Assembly: GCA_963827235.1 (NCBI GenBank)
Contig: CAWHAE010000010.1
Coordinates: 224,001-288,000, forward strand
DNA length: 64,000 nt
DNA from: an uncultured bacterium
Lineage (GTDB): Bacteria; Chloroflexota; UBA5177; JANWHV01
Direction of reading: 5' to 3'
The notes under the pieces are model-generated. The model saw nothing but the letters and a program-made list of their open reading frames with translations. It was not told the DNA's origin and ran no database searches. This document shows, one piece after another, positions 22,523 to 34,391 of the stretch (position 1 is the stretch's first letter; the number at the start of each line of letters is the position of its first letter). The translations under genes were made by a program, and so were the position numbers.

Positions 22523-23017
22523 AACACGAACCTGCCGGGGCAGTCATCTGGCCCGGGCGGCGGATGTCGGGCAGATCTCTGGCCGGCTACGAGCCTTGCC
22601 ACGACTGGCAGGCTGGTGGTATTCGATGAGATCGGGGGCCGCCTGGTCACGCGCTTGCTCCGCCTCGCACCGTCCCCCGAGACGCGCAGCGCCCCGAGCC
22701 GTGAACAGACATGCCGGCTCGGGGCGTTCGGCTCGGCATCGCGCCGGGCATGGCTCTATCATCTCACGGCTGAGAACGCTCGTCTGTAGGGACATGCCGA
22801 GTCTGGCAAGACACGGGGGACTCGGCTTTGCTACCTGTGTGTTGCTTCAGGACCTGTCGGTCGAGAACTATTTGAAGCATCCTAACCGGGGCGGCAGACG
22901 CATCGGCGCCGGCAGCAAACCCCGCGATCCGGAGGGTCGGCCGCGCGTGTGGCGCTCGGTCATGCTGGCGCCCGACGCGCACCAGGCTACAGTAGCCGCG
23001 CAGCAGCCGGGCGAGGC

Positions 23018-23368
23018 GTGCCCGGACGTCTCGCGCCAGCCGTCCTGCTGGAGCAGGGCGCGATCGCGCCGCCACTTCTCGTGCGCAGCCGCCTGCCCGG
23101 CGACCGCATCAGGCCCAAGGGCATGCAGGGACACCGCAGGCTGCAGGATATCCTGGTGGACGCAAAACTCGCCAAGAGCGCCCGCGATTACGTGCCCATT
23201 GGCACGGATCAGGCTGGGATTCTCTGGGTGGTCGGCTACGCTCAGGAGGATCGCACGGTTCTCGCGGCAGGACCGCGCAGAATTGTGCGGCTGAGCGCGG
23301 TGTGCGAGACGCCGTGACCTCCTGAAAGTCATGCTGGGTTGAATAGGTGGATTCTGTTATACTCTGCC
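23018..23368 (+). pseudogene. tilS: Direct repeat copy 2: displaced tilS 3' fragment
   Basis: Encodes ...AVLLEQGAIAPPLLVRSRLPGDRIRPKG...LSAVCETP*; 1-bp deletion near 23040. Confidence 0.92.
23355..23363 (+). promoter_or_regulatory. Extended -10 promoter, probably for ftsH
   Basis: TGnTATACT ~87 bp upstream of ftsH; the repeat-copy-1 equivalent at 14118 reads TGnCATACT. Confidence 0.55.
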
Positions 23369-23449
23369 TAGCCTGGGGCACGTGCATTGCCCGTTTGTCA
23401 CCCTGGGTTATTGGGCATGCGCCGGGCCGAACACGCCGGAGGGCCGACT

Positions 23450-25342
<1,893 letters not shown>

Positions 25343-25360
<18 letters not shown>

Positions 25361-25774
25361 GCGGGGAGACTGCTTCAGCCGGGCATACTCGGCAAAGAAC
25401 AGGCGGGCAGCCTCGGCGTCCACCTCGCCGGGCCCAAGCTCCAGCATGCCCCTGCCGATTTGCAGACCCAGCACGCTGCCGTCGAACTGCATGTGCACTT
25501 TTCTGAGCTCGTGAAGGCCGAAATAGTCCGCCATGCGGTGTTCGGCGAACACCATGGCGCGTTCCAGCAGCCAGCCCACGACCGGGAGGTGTCTCGCCTC
25601 CTCGCGGCCGACCCGCAGATCCTGCTCGATGAGCTCACGCGCCGCCGCGCTCGGCTCGACCAGCAGACCGCGCTCGGACAGCTGCAGGGTCATCACGAGG
25701 TGTGGAAGGTGTTTCTTGTCGAAGACCTCAAGGTTGACTGCAGAGCCGCTCCCACCGGAATTCGCTGCATCCAT
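25343..25774 (-). CDS. Hypothetical protein
   Basis: Protein-like ORF convergent on ftsH with slight overlap; start uncertain (25774 or 25810). Confidence 0.5.
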
Positions 25775-25949
25775 GCTCAGAGACTCTCCATGATTCTGCT
25801 GACTGGACACCTACCACGCCGGTAGTGTCACAAGCGTATCACAGAGTAAGCGGCGTGTACGCGGCGTGCGACGAGCAATCCAGCCGGCTCTTCGATGCCC
25901 GTGCACCGGCGTGGCTTCAGCAGCCGTCGTCCCGGCGACCGGCAGAAGG

Positions 25950-26624
25950 TCAGCCGCCGGTGACGGAAGGCAGGCGGACCGCGAACAGCATGTTGCTCGT
26001 GGGCGACGTCACGTCCTGCCGTGCCTCGATGTCCAGCGACACGCTGCCGTAGCGATCCAGCGCGACCGGCGCCATGAGCAACGCCGACGCTTCCGCGCCC
26101 GGGCTCGATGGGGCCACCGAACCGACGTGCCACCAGCGCTGGTCCATGTCGCGCACCCAGACCGCGTAGACGTGACCGGGATGCAGCGCCGGCAGACCGT
26201 CGACCACGATAGCGCCGCGCCCACTGCCCGCGGTATAGAGGAAGGTGGCGGACGCGTCGCCGCGGAGGCGTTGTTGGGGAGCCATGTCGATCGTCTGCGC
26301 GTGCTTCGTAACGGCCAGGAAATGCTGGACGGCCACGGTGCCGTTAAGGATGGCGCTGATCCGCGCGACCTGCGTGCCGTCGGCCTGGCGCGTATTGCGC
26401 ACCCGGTCGGACTCGCCATGGCTGTAGAGAATGAAGATGGCAGCCACCACCCAGCCCGTGACGCCGAGGCACCACGCCATTGCTTTCGTCAGGCGGGCGA
26501 GCAGCGTCCCATCGCCCGGCATGTCGTGGTCCGGCAGATCGCGCTGCTCACCTTCCACGCCGAACCCGGCTTGTGCCGTCGCCGCTTCAATCGGCGCCTC
26601 GACCGGACCAGACTCAGACCGCAT
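25950..26624 (-). CDS. Anti-sigma factor RskA C-terminal-like membrane protein
   Basis: Single TM; GLPALHPGHVYAVW...VG...SLDIE...PT pattern typical of RskA_C. Confidence 0.6.
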   Translation of the reverse strand: MRSESGPVEAPIEAATAQAGFGVEGEQRDLPDHDMPGDGTLLARLTKAMAWCLGVTGWVVAAIFILYSHGESDRVRNTRQADGTQVARISAILNGTVAVQHFLAVTKHAQTIDMAPQQRLRGDASATFLYTAGSGRGAIVVDGLPALHPGHVYAVWVRDMDQRWWHVGSVAPSSPGAEASALLMAPVALDRYGSVSLDIEARQDVTSPTSNMLFAVRLPSVTGG

Positions 26625-26734
26625 CTCACCCGCGCGCTCGCCTTGACCCCGTATCGCGCATCTCTCCGCAGTATTTTAGCCGATTCGACACGCAGCGACA
26701 CGCGTTATGCCACGCTCGACCTATACTTAGCTCT

Positions 26735-27019
26735 ATGTGGCTGCACGAGCTGGGCGAACAACCGTTCTCGCGCGAAGAACGGCGATTCCTTTCACGAGCG
26801 GGCCGATCGCTCGTCTCACTGGAGGCACTCATGGCGCGCGTGGAGGCATTCGTGGGGCCTCCGGTGCCGGGCAGGGGCCGCCAGTCGTACCTTGCGCGAC
26901 ACCTGGTGGCCGAGCATTTGTTCAGCAGCTATGAGGAGGCATTCGCCTTCGCCGACAGCTACTACGCCCTGGTCAAGGGCGGACCTATCTCGCAACATCT
27001 CCTCTGGGATTGGGAATAG
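26735..27019 (+). CDS. Small hypothetical protein
   Basis: 94-aa protein-like ORF (MWLHELGEQPF...) after an AT-rich promoter-like patch. Confidence 0.5.
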   Translation: MWLHELGEQPFSREERRFLSRAGRSLVSLEALMARVEAFVGPPVPGRGRQSYLARHLVAEHLFSSYEEAFAFADSYYALVKGGPISQHLLWDWE

Positions 27020-27025
27020 CACTAC

Positions 27026-28387
27026 TCAGGAGTTGCGGTCGTTCCCGTGCCCGTTTCGGGCCCGGCTGCCGGCGCGGTAACTCTGGTCGAGCAGCTGGCT
27101 GACCTGCTGCACTCGAACAGGCACGTGGTGCTTTCTGGCACCTGCCTCAATCTGAAGCAGGCAGCCCGGATTGGCGGACGTCACCACCGTCGCTCCGGTC
27201 TCGCGAATGCGTTCCATCTTGCGCGCCAGAATGGCATCCGCCATCTCCGGCTGCTCGATGTTGTAGGTGCCGGCGCTGCCGCAGCACCACGTGGCGTCGG
27301 GCAGCTCGACGAACCGAAGGCCCGGTACCATGCGCAGCAGGTCTCGCGGCTGCGAGCTGATGCCCTGCGCGTGGCAGAGATGGCAGGGATCGGCGTAGGT
27401 GACGGTGCAGGGAACGGACCCGCGCGGGGGAATCGGACCGAGCTCCAGCAAGTACTCGTGGATATCCCGAACGCGAGCACTGAACTTTCGCGCGCGTTCC
27501 GCCCAGACAGGGTCGCCGCTCAGCCAGCGGGCATAGCTCTTCATGACGTGTCCGCAGGCCGCGGCATCACTCACCACGATGCAGTCGCCCAGCTGTTCAT
27601 ACGCTTCGATGTTGCGGCGGGCCAGCATGCGGGCAGTTTCCATGTCGCCCTTTGTCTCGTGCGGGGCGCCGCAGCACACGGCGCGAGGCGTACGCCGGAC
27701 CCTGCAGCCGTTGTGCGCCAGCACGCGCACCGAAGCAAGCACGGCGCCGGACAGCACGACGTTGTTCACGCAGGTCACGTGCATGGCGACCTCGGCGCGC
27801 TGCGGGCCGATTGCCGGGGTTACCAACGGGAGCCGCGGCAGTGCCGGTCGCCCGATCCTGGCCGGGAGCAGCGCCTCCATGCGCCGCAAGGTCGCGGGCA
27901 GCAGCCGCATGACTCCCAGGGCGCGCACGAGTCGCTGCACGCCGAGCCGGTTGTACAGGAGGATAGGCAGCGCGGCGCTCTGCATGCCCCGGTAGCTCGG
28001 CATCAGCCGCCGGTAAATCAGCGCCTGTACGAGCCCTGCCGGTCCGTGCGGCCTCACGGCGGCGCGCCGGTACGATTTCGTGCGAGCTACCACCTCACCG
28101 GCGCTGATGCCCGTGGGACAGACCGTGTGGCAGGCCATGCACTGCAGACAGAGATCGAGATGCTTCACGAAGCCGGGATCGTGCGGCGAGAGCCCACCCT
28201 CGACCATGTTCTTGACGAGGGCGATGCGCCCCCGCGGCGACTTGGTCTCCAACAACGTGGGTTGATAGGTGGGGCAAACGGACAAACAGAGCCCGCAGCG
28301 GATGCACGCCTCGAGCTCAGGAATACCTGGCAGGTCGAGCAGACCGAGCTGCCGGTCGCTCACGGGACTGCGGCTGACGTTCGTCAT
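27026..28387 (-). CDS. glcF: GlcF-like Fe-S oxidoreductase (2x 4Fe-4S, 2x CCG domains)
   Basis: CIRCGLCLSVCP, SPRGRI, CLQCMACHTVCP, CCGA, DPCHL, CCGSAGTYN, NPGC. Confidence 0.85.
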   Translation of the reverse strand: MTNVSRSPVSDRQLGLLDLPGIPELEACIRCGLCLSVCPTYQPTLLETKSPRGRIALVKNMVEGGLSPHDPGFVKHLDLCLQCMACHTVCPTGISAGEVVARTKSYRRAAVRPHGPAGLVQALIYRRLMPSYRGMQSAALPILLYNRLGVQRLVRALGVMRLLPATLRRMEALLPARIGRPALPRLPLVTPAIGPQRAEVAMHVTCVNNVVLSGAVLASVRVLAHNGCRVRRTPRAVCCGAPHETKGDMETARMLARRNIEAYEQLGDCIVVSDAAACGHVMKSYARWLSGDPVWAERARKFSARVRDIHEYLLELGPIPPRGSVPCTVTYADPCHLCHAQGISSQPRDLLRMVPGLRFVELPDATWCCGSAGTYNIEQPEMADAILARKMERIRETGATVVTSANPGCLLQIEAGARKHHVPVRVQQVSQLLDQSYRAGSRARNGHGNDRNS

Positions 28388-28624
28388 GCACTCATCGTAT
28401 CACGCCCACGGCGCGCGCCGTGCCAGCGGCAGAGCTCAGCGGCGGACCGGCATGCCGCGATCCGGGGCTCAGGCCGGCGATCGCGGCGCCGCGGCAGTCT
28501 GGGTCGCGTCCGGACCTACCCGACGTGCCTTCCATCGTGGTGGGACAGGGGACCGAGGTGTTGGAATCCCCAGATCTCGGGCCCAAGTGTGGCTCACGGA
28601 GGCTCGGATTGCTACCATGTCGGT

Positions 28625-29272
28625 ATGAGCTCGCAACCGGTGCCCATTCTCCAGGCTTCAAACGTACTGGCCCAACAGATGGCAGCGGAGGCCATGCTCG
28701 CGGGCGGCCTCGTGGCCTTCCCCACGGACACCGTCTACGGTATCGGAACCGTGTTCGACAGTATTGCCGGCATAGCCAGGATATTCGAGGCCAAGGGGCG
28801 ATCGAACGAGAAGGCGATACCTGTGCTGATCGGCAGCATCGAGCAGCTCGATCTTCTGAGCGAGCGCCTTCCCGGTGGCGCGCTGGCACTCGCGAACTAC
28901 TTCTGGCCCGGCGCGCTCACCATGGTGGTGGCGCGCCGTGATACCGTTCCGCAGGAGCTCGCTCCGGGCCGGACGACGATCGGCGTGCGTATGCCGGCGC
29001 ACGCGGTGACCAGAGAGCTGATCCTACTGACCGGCAAGCCCCTGGCATGCAGCAGCGCCAACGTGTCCGGAGCCCAGCCGGCGCTCAGCGCCGCCCAGGT
29101 CGCCGCGCACTTCCCACGAGGATTGGAGCTCATTCTCGACGGCGGAGCCGCCGCGATCGGCACGCCGTCTTCAGTGGTCGACTTTACCACGCCGGATCGA
29201 CCCCGGTTGCTCCGCGAGGGGGCTATCTCGCGCGCCGCTCTGGCGACCGTGCTGGGCGCCTCTCTGGTGTGA
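28625..29272 (+). CDS. tsaC: L-threonylcarbamoyladenylate synthase (TsaC/Sua5/YrdC)
   Basis: VAFPTDTVYG, KGR, WPGALT, IGVRMP, SSAN, PSSVVD, REGAI. Confidence 0.92.
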   Translation: MSSQPVPILQASNVLAQQMAAEAMLAGGLVAFPTDTVYGIGTVFDSIAGIARIFEAKGRSNEKAIPVLIGSIEQLDLLSERLPGGALALANYFWPGALTMVVARRDTVPQELAPGRTTIGVRMPAHAVTRELILLTGKPLACSSANVSGAQPALSAAQVAAHFPRGLELILDGGAAAIGTPSSVVDFTTPDRPRLLREGAISRAALATVLGASLV

Positions 29273-29449
29273 CCAGGATCAACCGGGTGGGATAGGGGCG
29301 CGGCAACGGCGAGCAGCGTGGCCGCCGGCGCCGGTGCTACGGGTTCGTAGCAATGTTCCGGCTTCCGGCCCAGTACGGGCAGAGGTTCCACACGGCCGTG
29401 GGCAGTGTGTGGTTCTTGAGCACGAGTGCATGGCGAGGGGGCGTCGGCG

Positions 29450-31240
29450 ATGTGTGGAATCTTCGTCTATAGTGGCGGCCGCGGCGATGCAGCATCTATT
29501 GTCCTCGACGGGCTGAAGCGACTCGAATACCGCGGCTACGATTCCTGGGGATTGGCCGTGCCCACTCAGGATGGACTGCGCGTGGAGCGCCGGGTGGGCA
29601 AGATTGGCGCCGTAGCGCCGACCGATCCGCCGATCTCCCGCCTCAATCCCAGTCACGTGGCCATTGGCCACACGAGGTGGGCAACGCACGGCGGCGTGAC
29701 CGAGGAGAACGCGCACCCGCACGTCTCATGCGACAATCGCGTGGCGGTCATTCACAACGGCATCGTGGAGAATGCACTCGAGCTGCGAGTCGAGCTCCTG
29801 GCGCGAGGGCACGTGCTCAGGAGCGAGACGGATACCGAGGTGGTCGCACACCTGGTGGAGGAAGCGCTCAAGGAGCGTTCGCTTCCCGAGGCCGTCAGGC
29901 TCAGCTTCAATCGCCTGCGCGGGCGCAACGCCATCGTGGTGTTGGACGCGGTCACGCGCGACGTGGTCGTGGCCAAGAACGGCTCTCCGATCGTGATCGG
30001 CCTGGGCGGCACGGACGAGAGCCCCGAATACTACGTGTCCTCCGACATGCCTGCCCTGCTCAAGCACACCGATCGGGTGATCTGGCTGGGCGACCACGAG
30101 ATGGTGAGCGTCGCGGGCCGGATCGCGTTCGCCGCGACCGAGGACGGTCACGAGCTCCAACCCCAGGCGGAAAACGTCGGCTGGGAGCCGGAGCTCAGCG
30201 AACGCGGCAGCTTCCCGCACTTCATGATCAAGGAGATACTCGAGCAGCGCGACGCGGTGCAGCGCGCGATCAACCAGCCCGACGCCCTGCTGAACGACGT
30301 GGCCGCCGTGATCCGCATCGCTCAGGAAGTTTGCTTCGTGGGCTGCGGCACCGCCGGCGTGGTGGGCAAGATCGGCACCTACTTCTTTTCGGATATCGCC
30401 GGCCGCTCTACCACCGCCATTCTGGGCAGCGAGTTCAAGAACTACCGCCACTCGTTGCACGAGCGCACTCTGCTCGTGGCCATCTCGCAGAGCGGCGAGA
30501 CCGCCGATTTGCTGGAAGCGGTCGACGTGGCACTGGCGCGCGGCAGCCGGGTGGTAGCCGTGGTGAACGTGCCCGGCTCGTTGCTCACGCGCAAGGCTCA
30601 CCATACTCTGCTGGTGCAGGCAGGCCCGGAGAAGGCGGTGGCGTCCACGAAGGCAACGCTCGGCCAGATCGCGGTGCTGGCGCTGCTGGCGCACGCCAGC
30701 GCGGGCCAGGCGGCCCACGGCCGAGCTCTGCTCACGAACGTCGCCTCACACATGGCTGCTCTCACGACCCCCGAATACCTGGAGCGCGTGGAGACCCTGG
30801 CGAAGCGGCTGGCGCGGTCCACCGATATCTACATGATCGGCCGCGGCATCAACTACCCGGTTGCGCTCGAAGCGGCGATAAAAGTGCAGGAGGTGAGCTA
30901 CATCCATGCCGAGGGCCTGGCGGGCGGCGAGCTGAAGCACTATGCCATCGCTCTGATCGGCCCGGGGACGCCATGTGTGATCCTGGCCTCGAGCGACGAC
31001 ATGCGGGCGGAGATCCTGAGCAACGCGGCGCAGGTACGGGCGCGGGGCGGCACGATCATCGGCGTCGGTCCAGAGAACAACCCCATCTTCGACGAGTATC
31101 TGCCGGTGCCGGACGGGGGCAGCCTCTCTCCGCTGCTCAGTCTGATACCGCTGCAGCTCCTGGCCTACTACCTTGCCTGCCAACGAGGGTACGATCCCGA
31201 CATGCCGCGCAACCTGGCCAAGAGCGTCACCGTGAAGTAG
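29450..31240 (+). CDS. glmS: Glutamine--fructose-6-phosphate transaminase
   Basis: MCGI, LEYRGYDS, GHTRWATHG, SQSGET, VASTKA, C-terminal PRNLAKSVTVK. Confidence 0.98.
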   Translation: MCGIFVYSGGRGDAASIVLDGLKRLEYRGYDSWGLAVPTQDGLRVERRVGKIGAVAPTDPPISRLNPSHVAIGHTRWATHGGVTEENAHPHVSCDNRVAVIHNGIVENALELRVELLARGHVLRSETDTEVVAHLVEEALKERSLPEAVRLSFNRLRGRNAIVVLDAVTRDVVVAKNGSPIVIGLGGTDESPEYYVSSDMPALLKHTDRVIWLGDHEMVSVAGRIAFAATEDGHELQPQAENVGWEPELSERGSFPHFMIKEILEQRDAVQRAINQPDALLNDVAAVIRIAQEVCFVGCGTAGVVGKIGTYFFSDIAGRSTTAILGSEFKNYRHSLHERTLLVAISQSGETADLLEAVDVALARGSRVVAVVNVPGSLLTRKAHHTLLVQAGPEKAVASTKATLGQIAVLALLAHASAGQAAHGRALLTNVASHMAALTTPEYLERVETLAKRLARSTDIYMIGRGINYPVALEAAIKVQEVSYIHAEGLAGGELKHYAIALIGPGTPCVILASSDDMRAEILSNAAQVRARGGTIIGVGPENNPIFDEYLPVPDGGSLSPLLSLIPLQLLAYYLACQRGYDPDMPRNLAKSVTVK

Positions 31241-31261
31241 GGAGCGTGGGATACGCATGAG

Positions 31262-31315
31262 TGTGTGTGCAAGGAAGAAGATTAAAGTTTAGTCATGGCC
31301 CTAATGTTTGGTTGT
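31262..31315. mobile_element. Putative Tn7-like transposon end at the glmS (attTn7-type) site
   Basis: TGT begins 22 bp after the glmS stop; AT-rich 19-bp-spaced repeats ttaaagtttagt / ctaatgtttggt resemble TnsB sites; no tns genes seen. Confidence 0.55.
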
Positions 31316-31331
31316 AAGGGACCGGCTGCAC

Positions 31332-31838
31332 ATGTACGTCTCCACCAGGCTGCCCTGGTGCTGCATGCAGATTGGCAGATCTGCCTGGTCCCCGGCGCCG
31401 AGTACTATCCGCTACCTCGTGCTGATCGTCTACGCCGATACCGGCGGCAACGGCGGCATGCGCAAGTCCGCCGTCGGCGCCGTCCTGCTGCCAGGCACGG
31501 CGACCTGTCTGGAAGATCCCAACCTCATTCCCGGCACGCCCCTGGACACGCCTGGCCCATGGCTATCCGCACCTTCGAGCCCACAGGACGACACAATCAG
31601 CTTCACCGACCCTTCCGGCATCACCGTCCGCATGGACATAGCTATCAGCATCACCGCCGCGCGTGCCTTCTGCGCCATCACCTGGCAAATGCAACAGCCC
31701 GACCAAACCTACCCCGCTTATCCTGCCATAGCGCACAACAAAGCAATCTATCGGATTTACAACGCGGACGGCGCCAATCCTCGCATCCCCCTGCTGGCCG
31801 GCCCTGCCAGCTGGCGTATTAGCGACGTGCACGAGTAG
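31332..31838 (+). CDS. Hypothetical protein, possibly a 5'-truncated fragment
   Basis: Open frame with protein-like composition; no clear RBS. Confidence 0.35.
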   Translation: MYVSTRLPWCCMQIGRSAWSPAPSTIRYLVLIVYADTGGNGGMRKSAVGAVLLPGTATCLEDPNLIPGTPLDTPGPWLSAPSSPQDDTISFTDPSGITVRMDIAISITAARAFCAITWQMQQPDQTYPAYPAIAHNKAIYRIYNADGANPRIPLLAGPASWRISDVHE

Positions 31839-31901
31839 GCGCTCTAGCCGACGGCAGATACGCCAAACTCCACTGGCAGCCGACTATCGAACAGCCAGGG
31901 G

Positions 31902-32816
31902 CTATCCAGTCAGCACTTTTGTGCCGATGTTGGTGTCCACGAGTTCCCAGCGGCCGTACCCAGTGATGCAGAACTGGAGATCCGCGACTGCAATCCCTTG
32001 CTGGGCTAGCCACTGCGCGATTTCGCTGGCGGGATCATCTACCGCTTTCTGCAGGCGTACGGCCGAGTTGAGAATGTCGTCACTTGCGATCGTGTCATCG
32101 ATGGACGTGCCGCCCGTCGTGACCATCGGCGTCATGTATAGGTCCTGGGCGACCTGCACCGGCATCGCGAGGCCTGAGTCACGAGCAGCCTTGATGGCTG
32201 CGGCATCGGGTGGTGATCCTTGCGCTGTGAAGCCGGCGATCTTCGGCACCAGGTGTTGATCCGGCCATTCGGTGGCAAGGATTGTGCCTACTTCAGGCAG
32301 GGTCCAGGACCGGTGATCGAAGATGTCGATGAGGTAGGCATCGTAGGGGCGAAAAAGGACAAACATGACATGCGTGTCGCCTCGTACGAAGCCAGCCCGG
32401 TTCCCCACAGTCTCCATGGTCAGCGACACGTGTAGGTGGTGAACGCCTAGATCGTTCAGCAACATATCCAAGTCCGGGCGTGCTGTGTACTTGCGGCCCG
32501 AATTTCGCTGCTCGTAGGTCACGTTGATGCGTGCACTCAGGTAGCGCGTGAGATCCGTGCCACGTTCCATGTCATGCTCGATGGTAGCGATCGATGCCTG
32601 GTACTGCGGGTCGCTGTGCAAGGAATTGGCCATGTAGCGTGCAGAGCGATGCAGAAAGCGCGGCCGCGCCGCCACGCGTCGGTGCAGCCAGGTCATGTAG
32701 CGGGGCATCAGGTTCCTCACGTGCATTCCCTGCAGCTCGGCCAGGGTTACCTGGTCGGTGATAGGCGCCGACAGGGCTGCCAGTGCCTGTTCGCGCGCTT
32801 GCTCTAGGAATGTCAT
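31902..32816 (-). CDS. Hypothetical protein with a DxLLND.GVHHLH motif; possible RelE/YafO-like RNase
   Basis: 304-aa ORF with GAGG RBS; DLTRYLS, LDMLLNDLGVHHLHV, AYLIDIFDH. Confidence 0.55.
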   Translation of the reverse strand: MTFLEQAREQALAALSAPITDQVTLAELQGMHVRNLMPRYMTWLHRRVAARPRFLHRSARYMANSLHSDPQYQASIATIEHDMERGTDLTRYLSARINVTYEQRNSGRKYTARPDLDMLLNDLGVHHLHVSLTMETVGNRAGFVRGDTHVMFVLFRPYDAYLIDIFDHRSWTLPEVGTILATEWPDQHLVPKIAGFTAQGSPPDAAAIKAARDSGLAMPVQVAQDLYMTPMVTTGGTSIDDTIASDDILNSAVRLQKAVDDPASEIAQWLAQQGIAVADLQFCITGYGRWELVDTNIGTKVLTG

Positions 32817-32925
32817 TGCTGACACCTCACAATCTGGGCTTTGCGACTGAGCCGCAGGGTAACAATCCAGGTCCAGTGTACCGCGCCTCGGTTGCGGCAT
32901 TAAGCTCGCTCTCCAGCAGCATCTG

Positions 32926-34312
32926 TCAGATCTCACTGTCGGGAAGAGCTTGGGCGACTCGCAGCTGCGTCGTTCCGCTCAGACGCTCGGCGAAGCGCTG
33001 CCCGGACGAGCTGAACGGCGGATTGTGCAGAAAGGCGTCTGGCGCGATGTGTAGCCGGCGTGCCGCGTGCCTTGCAAGCGCGATAGCGACTCCCTGGCGG
33101 CGGTAAGGAGGTAGGACGCAGACGCCAGCGATCATCCACCCTTCTGGGCCAGACGCCTCGGTAAGCGCGGCTCCGTCGAATATGTGCGTTTGCCGGCTGC
33201 GTCGAAGCAACAGCACGCCCATGGCGCGTTCGTCCACGATCGCGATGATCGCATGCTGGCGGTGCCGTACGTGATCAGGATGCGTGTCCGCGCGCGCGAT
33301 CGCCGCGGAGCACAGGTTGAAGTCGTAGTGCTCCTCATGCTGCAAGAAGCCGCTGAGCTCGTAGGCGATCTGCTGATGCCGTACGCGGTCAATGCACGAG
33401 ACGTAGGCAAAGCTGAGGAAACTGGGGTGGTGCCACGGCGTCTCGAAGTCGATCATAGTCCCGCGCTCTTCCCGCAGCGAATCGGGTACGTCGATGCCTG
33501 CCGTACGGCGCATGTGGCGGTGCGCGTGTTTGCGCAGGTCACCAGGTGAGGTTGTGTACTGGAAGTCGCAGATTGGGCAGAAGCGCCCCGTCGAACGGCG
33601 CGGTCGCATGGCAGGCATGGTCTGTCGTGAGGATTCTAGCTGGCGGGCATAGGCGACGGTTGGCGCTTCCTCCGGCGCTGCGTTGGTACCAGCTTCAGCG
33701 CCAAAGTAGAGTTGGTTGAGGGCGTTGAACAGCAGGCAGAGGGGCGTCGGCGCCCCCTCGACGCTGCGCAGTGTCCCATAGCTGTAGCTCCCCTCGTAGA
33801 GGGTGTCGCTGCCGCGGGGTGTGATGGCGTCTTGCACTAACCGCGGGCAGTTGGCGTACCAACTGTCGACCGTGGAGAAAGGCTCTACCTCCCGATCGCG
33901 CCACGGACACGCGACCGTCGCGCGATCCAGGGAGTCCTCAAGGGGATCGACGTCCCACTCGACCTGCACGCGCCGTCCGTATGGCGTTGTTTTCCCGACA
34001 TACACCGTGATGCAAGGGACGCCTCGTTCGCGGCAGGACCTCCTCCAGCTGCTGTGCAGTTCAAGCCATCGGCGTTTCGCTCCGTTGCCGGGTGCCACCA
34101 GGAGGTAGCCACGGCGTTCTGTTTCGAGGATGAGTTCCTTAACCGGTGAGCCGTCCGGCCATGGGCGAGCCCGTAGGTTCTTCAGCGTGGGCAGCCGACT
34201 CTGATCGACAATTGCTGTGTCGATCTCGGTTAGCGGCCAAGTAGAGGAATGGCCCCGGTGGTAGCTGCGTGCGGTGGTGTGGCCAGCGGGTCCCTGACGT
34301 CTCCAGCTGCAC
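32926..34312 (-). CDS. Zn-finger + GNAT acetyltransferase, Eco1/ESCO-like; apparent +1 frameshift near the N-terminus
   Basis: CPICDFQYTTSPGDLRKHAHRH; VCVLPPYRRQGVA motif A; PPFSSSGQRFA. Strong RBS (GAAGGAGGAG) GTG at 34312 is 1 nt out of frame with the long ORF. Confidence 0.65.
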
Positions 34313-34391
34313 TAGTCTCCTCCTTCACTACCTGGTCCCGATGGCTCCGAGGGTCCGCACCTGATCCAGGAAGAGCCAGACGAACCTCCAT

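Noticed and set aside
13780-23368. Diversity-generating retroelement TR/VR pair (tilS, glmS or 34.4/37.7-kb repeats)
   Set aside because: In the tilS and glmS pairs, where I compared bases, differences are not adenine-specific; no reverse transcriptase in the window
29273-29449. glmS ribozyme upstream of glmS
   Set aside because: Core AGCGCC...GACGAGG motifs not found; only a short tgctacg/cgtagca hairpin
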